Of a stretch of DNA of 41,436 bases, positions 17,501 through 27,197 are shown in pieces. The notes beneath the pieces are model-generated. The model was not told the DNA's origin. It worked only from the letters and a program-made list of their open reading frames with translations, and did not search any database. Made by a program: the position numbers and the translations under genes. This DNA is from Candidatus Micrarchaeota archaeon (GTDB lineage: Archaea > Micrarchaeota > Micrarchaeia > Anstonellales > Anstonellaceae): assembly GCA_964532715.1 (NCBI GenBank), contig CAZHIX010000001.1, positions 25,000-66,435 of the forward strand, given 5' to 3'. The first letter of the stretch is position 1. The number at the start of each line of letters is the position of its first letter.

Positions 17501-19504
17501 TCAATCTGATCTTTTTCTTGCACCAAGTTGTAAATTATACATCGTTTCAACTTCTGAACTCGTGGTGATGTCTTCAATTGATTTGTCTTGACGTATTTGG
17601 GTCATACGTGGAAATCTAAGTGCATACCCTTTATCATCTGCTTGTGCGCATGTATGAACAGATGAAATAGAAATCTCATCTGCAGAAACACTAACTACTA
17701 TTTTTGGTTCAACCCAAAAATCTGGTTGTAGTTTTGATTCAAGATCTTTTGGTTTTTTAGATATTTTCATATCCGAAAGCACTTGTTCAAGTTCTATCAT
17801 ATCCTGTTCACTAAATCCGGACCCTATTTTTGCAACTGTTTGTAATTTACCTCCATGTTCATCACGTACAGCAACAAGCAATCCTCCAAAATTAAATGTG
17901 GCTCTTTGTCCTTCTCCAAGATAATACCCTACAATAACCGCATCTAATGTGTCGGCAAGTGCACCGTAGCTTTTTTTGAGTTTAATCCATGCAAATTCAC
18001 GCGCGCCTGCAACATACGGGGCGCTCAAATCTTTTGCAATAATACCTTCAAGTCCTTCATTTATACATTTCTCAAAATAATTTGAAAGTTCATTTTCGTT
18101 TTTTACTATCTTAATTTGACTTGCAATTATCGTATCATTTGAGTGAACAATTCTTTCAAGCTCAGCTCGTCTTTTCTCAAAAGTTGTTTTTGTATAATCT
18201 ATTCCGTCTGCATACATCAAATCAAACGCATACATGTGAAGTGGAAAGTCCTCCATCATCTTATCTATTCCATATTTTCTCTTTCTTTGAATTGTAATCT
18301 GAAATGAATAATATCTTCCTTCTTTTTTATTATATGCAAGTGTTTCTCCTTCAAATATGCATTTTTTTGCATTTATTTTTTGCACTGCTCTGACAATTTC
18401 TGGAAAAGCAGTTGTAACTCTCTCCAATTTTCTTGAGTATAATTCAACATTCTGTCCATCTTTATGTGCTTGTATCCTAAAACCATCATATTTTGCATCT
18501 ACTGCGCATGGGCCAATTTTCTCAATTATGTCCTTTGCACTTGTAAGCCGTTCTGCCAATGCCGGTTTTATTGGGAAAAATAACTCAATTTTGAAATTCT
18601 CTATTTTATCATAATCAAAAAGTGCAAGTCTTGTAATCTTTGCTAAATCTGAACACAGATTATACGCGCGTTCAATTGGTTTTCTTACACTTTTTTTGAA
18701 ATCACTAAATTCAATCTCATACACATCCTCATTTGTTTTATCTTGTTTTATCTTAGTCACAACTGTGCCGTTTAGTTTTTTTTGTTTTGTATAAACTATC
18801 GCAATTATTTTTGATTGCAACCTTTGCAAATCTTCTTTTGATTCAATTTGCATTTGCAATGTAGATGACTGTTCTTCACTCATTATCTGTTTTACTTTAA
18901 TTGAATATATTTGTCCCGCATCATCAAATGCACTAATTCTTTCTCTAATGTGTTTTATTCGTATTCTTGCAATTGCATCTAATATTGTTGGTTGAGCTAT
19001 TCCCAACCTCATTTTTCCAACACAAAATCTTACTATATATTTTGCCTCATCTTCGTTTGCACAATTAAGCAATTCTGCAACTGCCTTTATTTTTGAATCT
19101 TGTGAGCCATATCCAGCCATTTTTGCAAGGTATGTTAGTGATTTATGTACTCCAACTAATGTTAGATCTTCACGTGCAAGCGACATCTGTTTTTTTTTAG
19201 ATATCGCCCACTTTGCAACAAGACCTAAATCTCCTTTTTTCTTAAACTGAGCGTCAAGTTCTTTGATGTCAAATCCAGAAACTAAAGAAATCGCGCGCAT
19301 TGTAAGTTTTTCTCCAAGTCCAAGCTCCACTCCTTCGTATGCGGGTGCAAGTATTCCTTCGGATAAATATACAAATGATGCAATTTCATCTTCCTTGAGT
19401 TTTTCTAAAGTTTGTGAAAAAACTCCTGCCATATCAATTCGTGAGCCTGTTTCTTCTATTTGTGTCCATGCGTCTGCAACTTTACTAAAAAGCATATCTT
19501 GCAT
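17501..19504 (-). CDS. lig: ATP-dependent DNA ligase (Lig1/archaeal type) with a ~80-95 aa insertion in the N-terminal DNA-binding domain
   Basis: Adenylation motif I is AVDAKYDGFRIQ (KxDG). Also EGIIAKD, FAWIKLKK and LRFPR motifs. Start chosen at MQDMLFSKV (19504). Confidence 0.93.
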   Translation of the reverse strand: MQDMLFSKVADAWTQIEETGSRIDMAGVFSQTLEKLKEDEIASFVYLSEGILAPAYEGVELGLGEKLTMRAISLVSGFDIKELDAQFKKKGDLGLVAKWAISKKKQMSLAREDLTLVGVHKSLTYLAKMAGYGSQDSKIKAVAELLNCANEDEAKYIVRFCVGKMRLGIAQPTILDAIARIRIKHIRERISAFDDAGQIYSIKVKQIMSEEQSSTLQMQIESKEDLQRLQSKIIAIVYTKQKKLNGTVVTKIKQDKTNEDVYEIEFSDFKKSVRKPIERAYNLCSDLAKITRLALFDYDKIENFKIELFFPIKPALAERLTSAKDIIEKIGPCAVDAKYDGFRIQAHKDGQNVELYSRKLERVTTAFPEIVRAVQKINAKKCIFEGETLAYNKKEGRYYSFQITIQRKRKYGIDKMMEDFPLHMYAFDLMYADGIDYTKTTFEKRRAELERIVHSNDTIIASQIKIVKNENELSNYFEKCINEGLEGIIAKDLSAPYVAGAREFAWIKLKKSYGALADTLDAVIVGYYLGEGQRATFNFGGLLVAVRDEHGGKLQTVAKIGSGFSEQDMIELEQVLSDMKISKKPKDLESKLQPDFWVEPKIVVSVSADEISISSVHTCAQADDKGYALRFPRMTQIRQDKSIEDITTSSEVETMYNLQLGARKRSD

Positions 19505-19832
19505 ATACCTAAGTTCTACTATTGAAAATAATAAGGCTTTGCAAATAAATTTCAAACGATTAATCGAACTCTAACTTTGTATCAACATTACGGCTCCATA
19601 ACTAAACTATGGACAAAATCAAAAAAAGTTTTACACCCCAACTTCCCAACATGTCCTCTTTAATTGTCCATATTTATATTTGAATGTGCTTCATTTAGCA
19701 TGTTCTTTGGTTATCTGCACAAGTTTTTACCATATTTGTCAATAATTTTTGTGGTTACACATTTTTGTTCAATCAGTTTGTAGCATTACACAATTTCTTA
19801 AATACTCCCAGACAAACTTATATCTGATATTT

Positions 19833-21143
19833 ATGGATTGTGTAAATGATAAATTCACAAAAATAAGCGATATTCTTGAAGGAAAACACGAATCTGGGAC
19901 TGTAAACGTGCGTGGTTGGGTGCATCGCGCCAGAAATTCTTCGCAAAATGCATTTGTAGTCTTAAGAGATTCAAGCGGAGTTATCCAATGCACTATAAAA
20001 AAATCAATTGTGGATGCTCAATCTTTTTCCGATGCAACGTGTGTTTATGTTGAATCTTCTGCAATGCTTAGCGGAACAGTCAAAAAAGATGAGCGCGCTC
20101 CAGGTGGCTGGGAAATATCTGCCCATAGTTTTCAGACAATTCATCGTGGAGAAGCATTTCCAATAGCAAAAGATCAATCTACTGAGTTTTTACTTGACAC
20201 TCGTCACTTATGGGTTCGTTCTCAGAAATTAACAAAAATATTCAAACTTCGTCACTACATAACTATTTATCTGCGGGAATTTTTCAACAATCAAGATTTC
20301 TTTGAATTACCTCCCCCAATAATTACCAAATCTGCATGTGAGGGGGGTGCAACATTATTTCAAATGGATTATTTTGGAACACCTGCGTACTTAACTCAAT
20401 CTGGTCAAATGTATGGTGAAATTTTCTCATCAGCACTTGAAAACATATATGTTCTTGCTCCTTCATTTAGGGCAGAGCCTTCAAGAACAGTTAGGCATTT
20501 AGCCGAGTATTGGCACCTTGAACCTGAAATGGCATTTTACAATCAAAAAATGAATATGGATTTGCAAGAAAAAATGCTTGAATATGTTTGTAAAAACGTA
20601 GCAACAAACCATGCGCAACTTCTGATTGACGTAGGTAGAAATCCGCAAGAATTACTTGATATAAAAGGACCATTTCAGAGAATACCTTATAAAAAAGCAA
20701 TTCAAATGTGTCAAGACCTTGATCTAAAAATTGAATATGGTCAGGATCTGGGTGCAGATGAAGAATACGCTCTAACAAAAGAGATGAAAAAACCATTATT
20801 TATCCACAATCACTTAAAAGATTTCAAAGCTTTTTATATGCGTGAAGATCCAAGTGAGCCAGAAACTGTTTTATCTAATGATTTGTTGGCTCCAGGTGGT
20901 CATGGTGAAATAATTGGTGGTTCTGAAAGAATATGGCAAGTAGACGAACTTCTTGCAAGAATGAATGAACAAAAACTTCCAATTAATGATTATCAATGGT
21001 ATGTTGATCTTAGAAATTATGGTTCAGTTCCCCACGCAGGTTTTGGTCTTGGAATCGAGCGTCTTGTAAAATGGATGTTGAATCTTGAACACATTCGTGA
21101 TGCAATTCCATTTCCAAGAACGATTAATCGTGTTTATCCTTAA
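19833..21143 (+). CDS. asnS: Asparaginyl-tRNA synthetase (class IIb)
   Basis: N-terminal OB fold (VRGWVHRARNS...FVVLRDSSGVIQ), HLAEYWHLEPEMAF, GGSERI, GFGLGIERLV, and C-terminal PFPRTINRVYP. Start at MDCVNDK (19833). Confidence 0.87.
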   Translation: MDCVNDKFTKISDILEGKHESGTVNVRGWVHRARNSSQNAFVVLRDSSGVIQCTIKKSIVDAQSFSDATCVYVESSAMLSGTVKKDERAPGGWEISAHSFQTIHRGEAFPIAKDQSTEFLLDTRHLWVRSQKLTKIFKLRHYITIYLREFFNNQDFFELPPPIITKSACEGGATLFQMDYFGTPAYLTQSGQMYGEIFSSALENIYVLAPSFRAEPSRTVRHLAEYWHLEPEMAFYNQKMNMDLQEKMLEYVCKNVATNHAQLLIDVGRNPQELLDIKGPFQRIPYKKAIQMCQDLDLKIEYGQDLGADEEYALTKEMKKPLFIHNHLKDFKAFYMREDPSEPETVLSNDLLAPGGHGEIIGGSERIWQVDELLARMNEQKLPINDYQWYVDLRNYGSVPHAGFGLGIERLVKWMLNLEHIRDAIPFPRTINRVYP

Positions 21144-21162
21144 ATTTATTCTTAAACTACGA

Positions 21163-21597
21163 TTAATTTTTTTTATATTTGAAAAATTCGGAACATTTTG
21201 TCGTTTGTTCATCTATCACTTTAATCATTATTTGATTTTTTATATCTTCAACTATCATCTGTGATTCAAGTACATCTTTTGCAACTGCATTAAATGATGT
21301 TTCAGGAGAGCTATAAAATTTACTAATTGCTACGTGTGTGCTGTATTGTGCATTGTAAAGTGCCATTATTTGTCTATCTGTAAGCAAGACTCTATTTTCT
21401 GGTTTTTCCAATAACAATGAAATTTGATATAATAATTTTTGTGCTAATCTAAACGTATCTCTATTGGTGGTCAATGTTTCTTTTTTATTAAGACTAATTT
21501 GTTTTTCTATATTTTGAACTAATGCCATATTTATCAACATATTATATACCCAACTATCATTTATTAACATTTTGTGCAACTTAAAAATCTTCTTCAA
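21163..21597 (-). CDS. Hypothetical protein (144 aa)
   Basis: ORF only; no motif recognised. Confidence 0.45.
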   Translation of the reverse strand: MKKIFKLHKMLINDSWVYNMLINMALVQNIEKQISLNKKETLTTNRDTFRLAQKLLYQISLLLEKPENRVLLTDRQIMALYNAQYSTHVAISKFYSSPETSFNAVAKDVLESQMIVEDIKNQIMIKVIDEQTTKCSEFFKYKKN

Positions 21598-21649
21598 TCT
21601 GCAAAATGTAAAAATTTAGTATATAAATATCATTTGAGTCTATTATTTT

Positions 21650-22801
21650 GTGAAAACAATCTATTTTGACAATGGTGCAACAACAATGCCTGATCCTATA
21701 GTGCTTGAGCGAATGCGCCAAATAGATTTATCGTTTTATGCAAATGCATCATCAATTCATCATGCAGGGGTTGATGCAAATAAAATACTTGAAGAATCAA
21801 GAAAAATAATTGCAGATTCTATAGACTCAAAACCAGACGAAATTATTTTTACAAGTGGCGGAACCGAATCAAATAATCTTGCGATTAAAGGTTTTGCATT
21901 TGCTAATCGTTCATCCAAAAATCATATAATTACTACAAAAGTTGAACATGACTGTATTCTAAACTCATGTAAGTGGCTCTCAACTCAAGGATTTGAGATT
22001 ACTTATCTTGATGTAGATGAGCAAGGATTCGTAAATCCAAATGATTTGAAAAATGCAATCAAAAATACGACATTTCTTGTTTCAATAATACATGCTAACA
22101 ATGAGATTGGAACTATTCAAAACTTGGGGTTATTATACAAAATATGTAATGAGAAATCTGTGACGTTTCACACCGACGCTTGTCAATCTTATACGAAAAC
22201 TGCTTTAAGTTCAAAGTTTGCGGATATGATAACTATAAACTCTCATAAAATTCATGGGCCAAAAGGTATAGGCGCATTGTATGTCAAAAAAAGTGTGCGG
22301 TTGCAAACGCAGATGCACGGTGGAGGGCATGAGCGTGGTTTGAGGTCTGGGACTCAAAATGTTTGTGCAATTGTTGGATTTGCAAAAGCAGTGCAATTGG
22401 CATCCTCTAAATCGCATATAGCAAAGATGAAAGAGCAACGTGATTATTTCATATCAAAGGTGCTTAAAATAGAAGGAACAAAATTAAATGGTCCCATCGG
22501 TGATAATCGTCTTTGTAACAACATAAATATATCATTTAAATCAATTGAGGGCGAATCACTACTCGCTATGCTTGATTTAGATGGGATTTGCACTTCCACT
22601 GGTTCTGCCTGTGCATCTAAAAGTCTTGATGCTTCACATGTTATAATGGCTATATCCAATAACGATAGTGAACGTGCACATGGTTCAATTCGCTTTACTC
22701 TAAGTCGTTTTAACACTTATGAAGAAATTGATTTTACGATGCAAAAGCTTGAAGAGGCAGTAAAAAAACTTCGAAAGATATCGCCAATATCTTCTTTTTA
22801 G
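21650..22801 (+). CDS. iscS: Cysteine desulfurase (NifS/IscS class)
   Basis: IYFDNGATT, PLP-lysine context SHKIHGPKG, and catalytic loop STGSACAS. GTG start. Followed by an IscU-like gene. Confidence 0.9.
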   Translation: MKTIYFDNGATTMPDPIVLERMRQIDLSFYANASSIHHAGVDANKILEESRKIIADSIDSKPDEIIFTSGGTESNNLAIKGFAFANRSSKNHIITTKVEHDCILNSCKWLSTQGFEITYLDVDEQGFVNPNDLKNAIKNTTFLVSIIHANNEIGTIQNLGLLYKICNEKSVTFHTDACQSYTKTALSSKFADMITINSHKIHGPKGIGALYVKKSVRLQTQMHGGGHERGLRSGTQNVCAIVGFAKAVQLASSKSHIAKMKEQRDYFISKVLKIEGTKLNGPIGDNRLCNNINISFKSIEGESLLAMLDLDGICTSTGSACASKSLDASHVIMAISNNDSERAHGSIRFTLSRFNTYEEIDFTMQKLEEAVKKLRKISPISSF

Positions 22802-22812
22802 ATGTGATTTAT

Positions 22813-23181
22813 ATGTATGAAGAAAAAATACTAAAAAGGTTTAAAGATCCGAAATTTGCAGGAGAGCTTGCAAATGCAGACGCAGTAGGCGAAGTTGGCA
22901 ATCTAAAATGTGGAGACATAATGCGTGTTTACATCAAAGTAATTGATGATAAAATATCTGATATTCGTTTCAAAACTTACGGGTGTGTAGCTGCTATTGT
23001 ATCTTCTGATTATTTATGTGAATTAGCTCTTGGCAAACCACTTGCGCAAGCAAAAAAACTCAATGCGCAAGATGTTTTAGATGCAATAGGTGCAAACGTT
23101 CCTATGGTAAAAGTGCACTGTTCAGTTCTTGCACAATCTGCTCTAAAAAAAGCAATTGAAGAGTATGAAAAGACACATTAA
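22813..23181 (+). CDS. iscU: Fe-S cluster scaffold IscU/NifU N-terminal domain
   Basis: GNLKCGD, FKTYGCVAAI and HCSVLA provide the three conserved Cys. ATG 22813 gives the typical MY... N-terminus; GTG 22804 is possible. Confidence 0.9.
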   Translation: MYEEKILKRFKDPKFAGELANADAVGEVGNLKCGDIMRVYIKVIDDKISDIRFKTYGCVAAIVSSDYLCELALGKPLAQAKKLNAQDVLDAIGANVPMVKVHCSVLAQSALKKAIEEYEKTH

Positions 23182-23208
23182 TTTTTTTATTATTTATGGT
23201 GATTTCAA

Positions 23209-23745
23209 ATGTCTAAAAACACAATATGTCGGCTTTATGTAGATTCTATTTGTGAAGCTGGGATATGTGAAAAAAAATTTTCCTTATTAAATCAATACCA
23301 AAAACAAATGCTTGAAAAAATCGGTTCTACTTATTTTCTAAAGTCAAATTTTAGAAAGCAAATAAAAGTTGTAATGACTGGTGGGGTCTTTGATGTGATT
23401 CATCCGGGGCACATACTTACGCTCACAGAAGCTAAAAGTCTTGGAGATGTCTTAATAGTTGCAATTGCTTCTGATCAAACTGTGCTAAAAACAAAAAATC
23501 GTGAACCTTTGCATATTCAAAGTGAACGAGTGCAAATGGTAAATTCTCTAAAACCTGTGGATTTGGCAATCGCTGGGGGGTATGATTGGCTAAAAACTCT
23601 AAATTTAGTTTCTCCTAATATCGTTGTTTTTGGATACGATCAACAAGTAAAACAAATACCAAACGTAAATGTGATAAAACTTGATTGTTTTTCAAAAAGT
23701 GAAAATTCAAAGACTGGGCAAATTCGCAAAAAACTTGGTTTTTGA
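23209..23745 (+). CDS. ribL: Cytidylyltransferase-fold nucleotidyltransferase, RibL-like (archaeal FAD synthetase) with ~50-aa Cys-containing N-terminal extension
   Basis: TGGVFDVIHPGHILTLTEAKSLGDVLIVAIASDQTV matches the (T/H)xGH nucleotidyltransferase signature. GGTGA lies upstream of the ATG. Confidence 0.6.
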   Translation: MSKNTICRLYVDSICEAGICEKKFSLLNQYQKQMLEKIGSTYFLKSNFRKQIKVVMTGGVFDVIHPGHILTLTEAKSLGDVLIVAIASDQTVLKTKNREPLHIQSERVQMVNSLKPVDLAIAGGYDWLKTLNLVSPNIVVFGYDQQVKQIPNVNVIKLDCFSKSENSKTGQIRKKLGF

Positions 23746-23943
23746 ACACCCGATTTTCATTGTCAAGCTGATGAAAACTCACTCTCATTTGTAGCAAGTA
23801 AATTTTTAGAGAATCTAATTTTTTGCATGAGTATATCTGCGTGCACTCTTTTTTTTTGAGTTTGCACATTCTTTTTAGCAAACTCTTTAAGCGTCTATTG
23901 TTTTTTCAAATCTCTTATCAAACCACATCATTTTTATCTTTTG

Positions 23944-24504
23944 ATGGTTTACTGTCATAATATGGAACAAGCTATGGAACAATCAATTGTGAAAATCAAA
24001 AAATCAGTAGCATCAAGAGGTATTCCCTCAAAGGAATCAATGTTTTTACCCTCTCATGATTCACCTCTTATTCGTTCTTTTGAGGATTCAAACGAGAATC
24101 CCACAAGAAATATCTGGGATATAACTGAAGTGACTATGTTTGTTTTTCCAAAAAAATACCAAGAGCAATATCATCACATTGCAACCTCTTTTCTTGCATT
24201 ACTTATGCAAAAAACAAAGTTAGATGGGAGTGAACTTTCTCAATTTATAAAATCTGAAAATATTTCAAAAGCAACATTTTACAATCGTGTTCTTCCAAGA
24301 CTCAAACGTGTAGGTATGATTAAGGTTGAGCGTCAAACAATTGTGGCGAAAGAATCAAAGCGAAAATTTCGTCCGATGACTATTCACCTCTCAAAAACGT
24401 TTGGAAATTATATTGGTAAAATTTCGGATTCTTGGCTTGCAATTGTTGATGAAGCAAGAAGCAAACGTGATCAGCAAAAACGTCTTGAAAATTTCAAAGA
24501 GTAA
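23944..24504 (+). CDS. Hypothetical protein with possible wHTH (ISKATFYNRVLPRLKRVGMIKVER)
   Basis: ORF only; the helix-turn-helix-plus-wing impression comes from sequence alone. Confidence 0.45.
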   Translation: MVYCHNMEQAMEQSIVKIKKSVASRGIPSKESMFLPSHDSPLIRSFEDSNENPTRNIWDITEVTMFVFPKKYQEQYHHIATSFLALLMQKTKLDGSELSQFIKSENISKATFYNRVLPRLKRVGMIKVERQTIVAKESKRKFRPMTIHLSKTFGNYIGKISDSWLAIVDEARSKRDQQKRLENFKE

Positions 24505-24599
24505 ACTAAAATTCAATTTTTGTTTGCAGTATTTTTTTAAGTCAAAAATTCTCAAATTTGTTGAAGGTGAGTTTGCAAACCTAATTTAACTTATCTTCG

Positions 24600-25349
24600 T
24601 TAGAAGCCCTCAAAAACTTGTTCGTTAGGATACGCAATAAGTCCCTCGTTTGAAACTATTTCAAATGGGCAAATCTTGTTTGAATGGTTTGTTCCTCTCA
24701 TTTTGAATATTTCAAGTGCTCTAATACGTGCATTATTGTGTTTTGGGTGATGTAATGCAATTACTGCGTCTGTTAAATACTCCATACCGTATTTTGTTCT
24801 TACTGACGCATTTCTAACTGCTTCTCCAGAAAGAACTGTTGTGCATTTCCACTTTCTAATCATCTCAAAGAGTGTAAGTTGAGCTTCACGTGCTTCGTAA
24901 AGATTTCCAAACAAAACCACATATGAACTCAGAGAGTCTATCACTATTCTTTTTGCTCCAATTTCACTTATAGTATCCCAAATAAGACCTCCTCCTTCTT
25001 CAGAGAGTTTTCTTATTTCATGTGGTTTATAATTAAGAATTGCAAGTTTTCCCTCATCTTCAAGAGATTTTAAATCCCATCCAAAACTCATTGCATGTTT
25101 TCTAAGTTTATCTGCTTGTTCTTCTAAAGATAGGAATATTCCTGGTTCGTTGTAAAATGATGCACCTGCATACACAAATTGTGTCAAAAATATGGTTTTT
25201 CCACTACCTGCTCCACCCATAACCAAAAGTGTGGAATTTTTCTCAAAACCGCCTTCACACAAATCGTCAAGTCCTGGAATTCCCGAGGGAACTCGCATAG
25301 ATTCATCTTGTGTTTGAATCTGTGTTTCTTGGATTTGAGTTTTACTCAT
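24600..25349 (-). CDS. Single-domain KaiC/RadA-like (RecA-superfamily) ATPase
   Basis: GIPGLDDLCEGGF, Walker A GGAGSGKT, catalytic SLEE, Walker B RIVIDSLS. Confidence 0.85.
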   Translation of the reverse strand: MSKTQIQETQIQTQDESMRVPSGIPGLDDLCEGGFEKNSTLLVMGGAGSGKTIFLTQFVYAGASFYNEPGIFLSLEEQADKLRKHAMSFGWDLKSLEDEGKLAILNYKPHEIRKLSEEGGGLIWDTISEIGAKRIVIDSLSSYVVLFGNLYEAREAQLTLFEMIRKWKCTTVLSGEAVRNASVRTKYGMEYLTDAVIALHHPKHNNARIRALEIFKMRGTNHSNKICPFEIVSNEGLIAYPNEQVFEGF

Positions 25350-25402
25350 ACTAATTGCAATTGCTACAATGTTTAAAAATTATCTATTGCTTCTACATTG
25401 CA

Positions 25403-26242
25403 ATGGAAGAAGATTTACAACCCCCATCATCAAGACCTCCTAAAGTGCAGACCGGAGTTTTAGCTATCGATGCCCTCTTTGATGGAGGTTTGCCTGAAGG
25501 TTCAAACATATTGCTATATGGAGAGCCAATGTGCGGTAAAAAACTTATATTGATGCACTATATATACGAAGGTCTAAAATCACAAATACCTGCGTTATTG
25601 ATACTTACTGATTTTGGTCGCGAAGAGTGGAAATTAAAAATGCAACAATTAAATATGGATATAACTCCATTTGAAAAATCAGGTCTTCTCAAAACTATTG
25701 ATTGTTATTCTAAACAATTTGAACCCTCAATTCAAAGCACCGATTTTGTAAAGTTTGCCTCTAACGCTTCTTCACTTTCTAACATTTCGTTACTAATATC
25801 TGCATTTCAACAGGAAATATTCACAGAGTTTAATTCGTATCGTGTGGCGTTTCATTCATTATCCTCTATTCTTGAAGAATCAAACCCTAAAGATTTTTAC
25901 AAATTTATGCAATTTCACGCAGGCAAATTTAGAAAAAGCAATGCAACTTGTCTTTTTGTTATGGAGAAGGGAATGCATAACGCAAAAGAATTAACTACAG
26001 TTGAGCATTTGATGAATGGTACTATCGAGTTTGAAGGTTCAAAAATAAAACCAAAGGGGCTTGGAGTCGTATCTGATTGGTGGGATTATTCTATAACTGA
26101 TAATGGCGTTGAAGTTACACCTCCCCATTCAGGTTCATCTTCATCATCTTCAAATCCACTTCCCACTAAGCAAAATCCTCATTTTCAACCACTTTCAACA
26201 CAAAACACACTTGCAAAAAAACTCAAAGTCAGCAAGGATTAA
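25403..26242 (+). CDS. KaiC-like paralogue with degenerate nucleotide-binding motifs and a low-complexity S/P/Q tail
   Basis: IDALFDGGLPEGSNILLYGEPMCGKK (the P-loop ends GKK, not GKT/S). At the Walker B position is RVAFHSLSS, with no Asp. Divergent from the canonical KaiC-like gene. Confidence 0.6.
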   Translation: MEEDLQPPSSRPPKVQTGVLAIDALFDGGLPEGSNILLYGEPMCGKKLILMHYIYEGLKSQIPALLILTDFGREEWKLKMQQLNMDITPFEKSGLLKTIDCYSKQFEPSIQSTDFVKFASNASSLSNISLLISAFQQEIFTEFNSYRVAFHSLSSILEESNPKDFYKFMQFHAGKFRKSNATCLFVMEKGMHNAKELTTVEHLMNGTIEFEGSKIKPKGLGVVSDWWDYSITDNGVEVTPPHSGSSSSSSNPLPTKQNPHFQPLSTQNTLAKKLKVSKD

Positions 26243-26243
26243 T

Positions 26244-26272
26244 CCAATCTAATATTAACCAATCTAATATTA
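26244..26272. repeat. Perfect tandem repeat CCAATCTAATATTA-A x2 just after the stop of the KaiC-like paralogue, followed by a 7-bp hairpin (TCAAATT/AATTTGA)
   Basis: Read directly; lies between convergent genes. Confidence 0.5.
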
Positions 26273-26312
26273 AAAAAATCAAATTCACAAATTTGAATTA
26301 TTTAGTTTTTCT

Positions 26313-27038
26313 CTACCACTTTTCAAAATGAATTTTTTCTTTTACAATACCTACATCTTCTAATGCTTTTTGCATACTCTCTATGAAATCCTTGTTTGCA
26401 CACATGAAAAAATGGGCATTTTCAAAATCTTTCACATATTTTTTTATCATATCAATTGAAATTCTTCCTCTTTCCCCATCCCATTGTGGTATTTCGTTTT
26501 GCGTAGTCAGTGTGTAAATAACTCTAAGTTTTTCGTTTTGTTTTTCAATTTGCTTTATTGTATTAAAATATGCAATATCCTTCTTTTCACGATTTGAGTA
26601 AAATAAATATTGTCTCGGGCAGTCTTTTTGTCCATTTAGAAATTCAATCATTGTAAGTAGTGGAGTTATTCCTATCCCTCCTGCCAAAAATACCAACGGT
26701 GTTTGTGGCTCAAGCGGTTGAGCTAATGTAAAAAATCCAAATGGTCCTAAGCACTCTACAACGTCTTTAACTTTTAATTTACAGACTCCATTTGAAAACT
26801 GCTGGTGTAATTTTATTCCAAACGAAAGCTCATCTTCTCTGTGCGGATGCAATGCAGAATATGGTTTTATCCTTGGTTTTATGTCCTTAGCCAAATTATC
26901 ATTTTTAATCATGAAAAATTGTCCTGGTTGATAAACTGGAACTTTCTTCTCAATTGGTCTAAGTCGTATGGTGTAAACTCCCTCAACCTCAGGTTCAATA
27001 CTTTTTATCTCGTATTTAAGATATCTGCGTTCTTGCAT
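26313..27038 (-). CDS. Ferredoxin-NADP reductase-like FAD/NAD(P)-binding oxidoreductase (PyrK/FNR family)
   Basis: PGQFFMI, R-x-YS-like KPYS, and NAD-binding LAGGIGITPLLTMI. Confidence 0.72.
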   Translation of the reverse strand: MQERRYLKYEIKSIEPEVEGVYTIRLRPIEKKVPVYQPGQFFMIKNDNLAKDIKPRIKPYSALHPHREDELSFGIKLHQQFSNGVCKLKVKDVVECLGPFGFFTLAQPLEPQTPLVFLAGGIGITPLLTMIEFLNGQKDCPRQYLFYSNREKKDIAYFNTIKQIEKQNEKLRVIYTLTTQNEIPQWDGERGRISIDMIKKYVKDFENAHFFMCANKDFIESMQKALEDVGIVKEKIHFEKW

Positions 27039-27073
27039 AATCAGTGTATATCTCTAAAATTTAATATACATTT

Positions 27074-27102
27074 ACTTCGTATGTGGGTGCAAGTATTCTT
27101 TT
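27074..27102. repeat. 27-nt near-identical copy (25/27) of an internal lig coding segment (19334-19360)
   Basis: CTTCGTATG(T/C)GGGTGCAAGTATTC(T/C)TT read at both loci, in the same orientation on the + strand. Confidence 0.7.
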
Positions 27103-27197
27103 AGAGCTTCTACTTTGGGCATTCTCAATTTTTGAATATAGCTTTAAAAATTTTTAACAATCCTATATAGCTTGTAAGCAAATCTGTTTGTGGTTTT

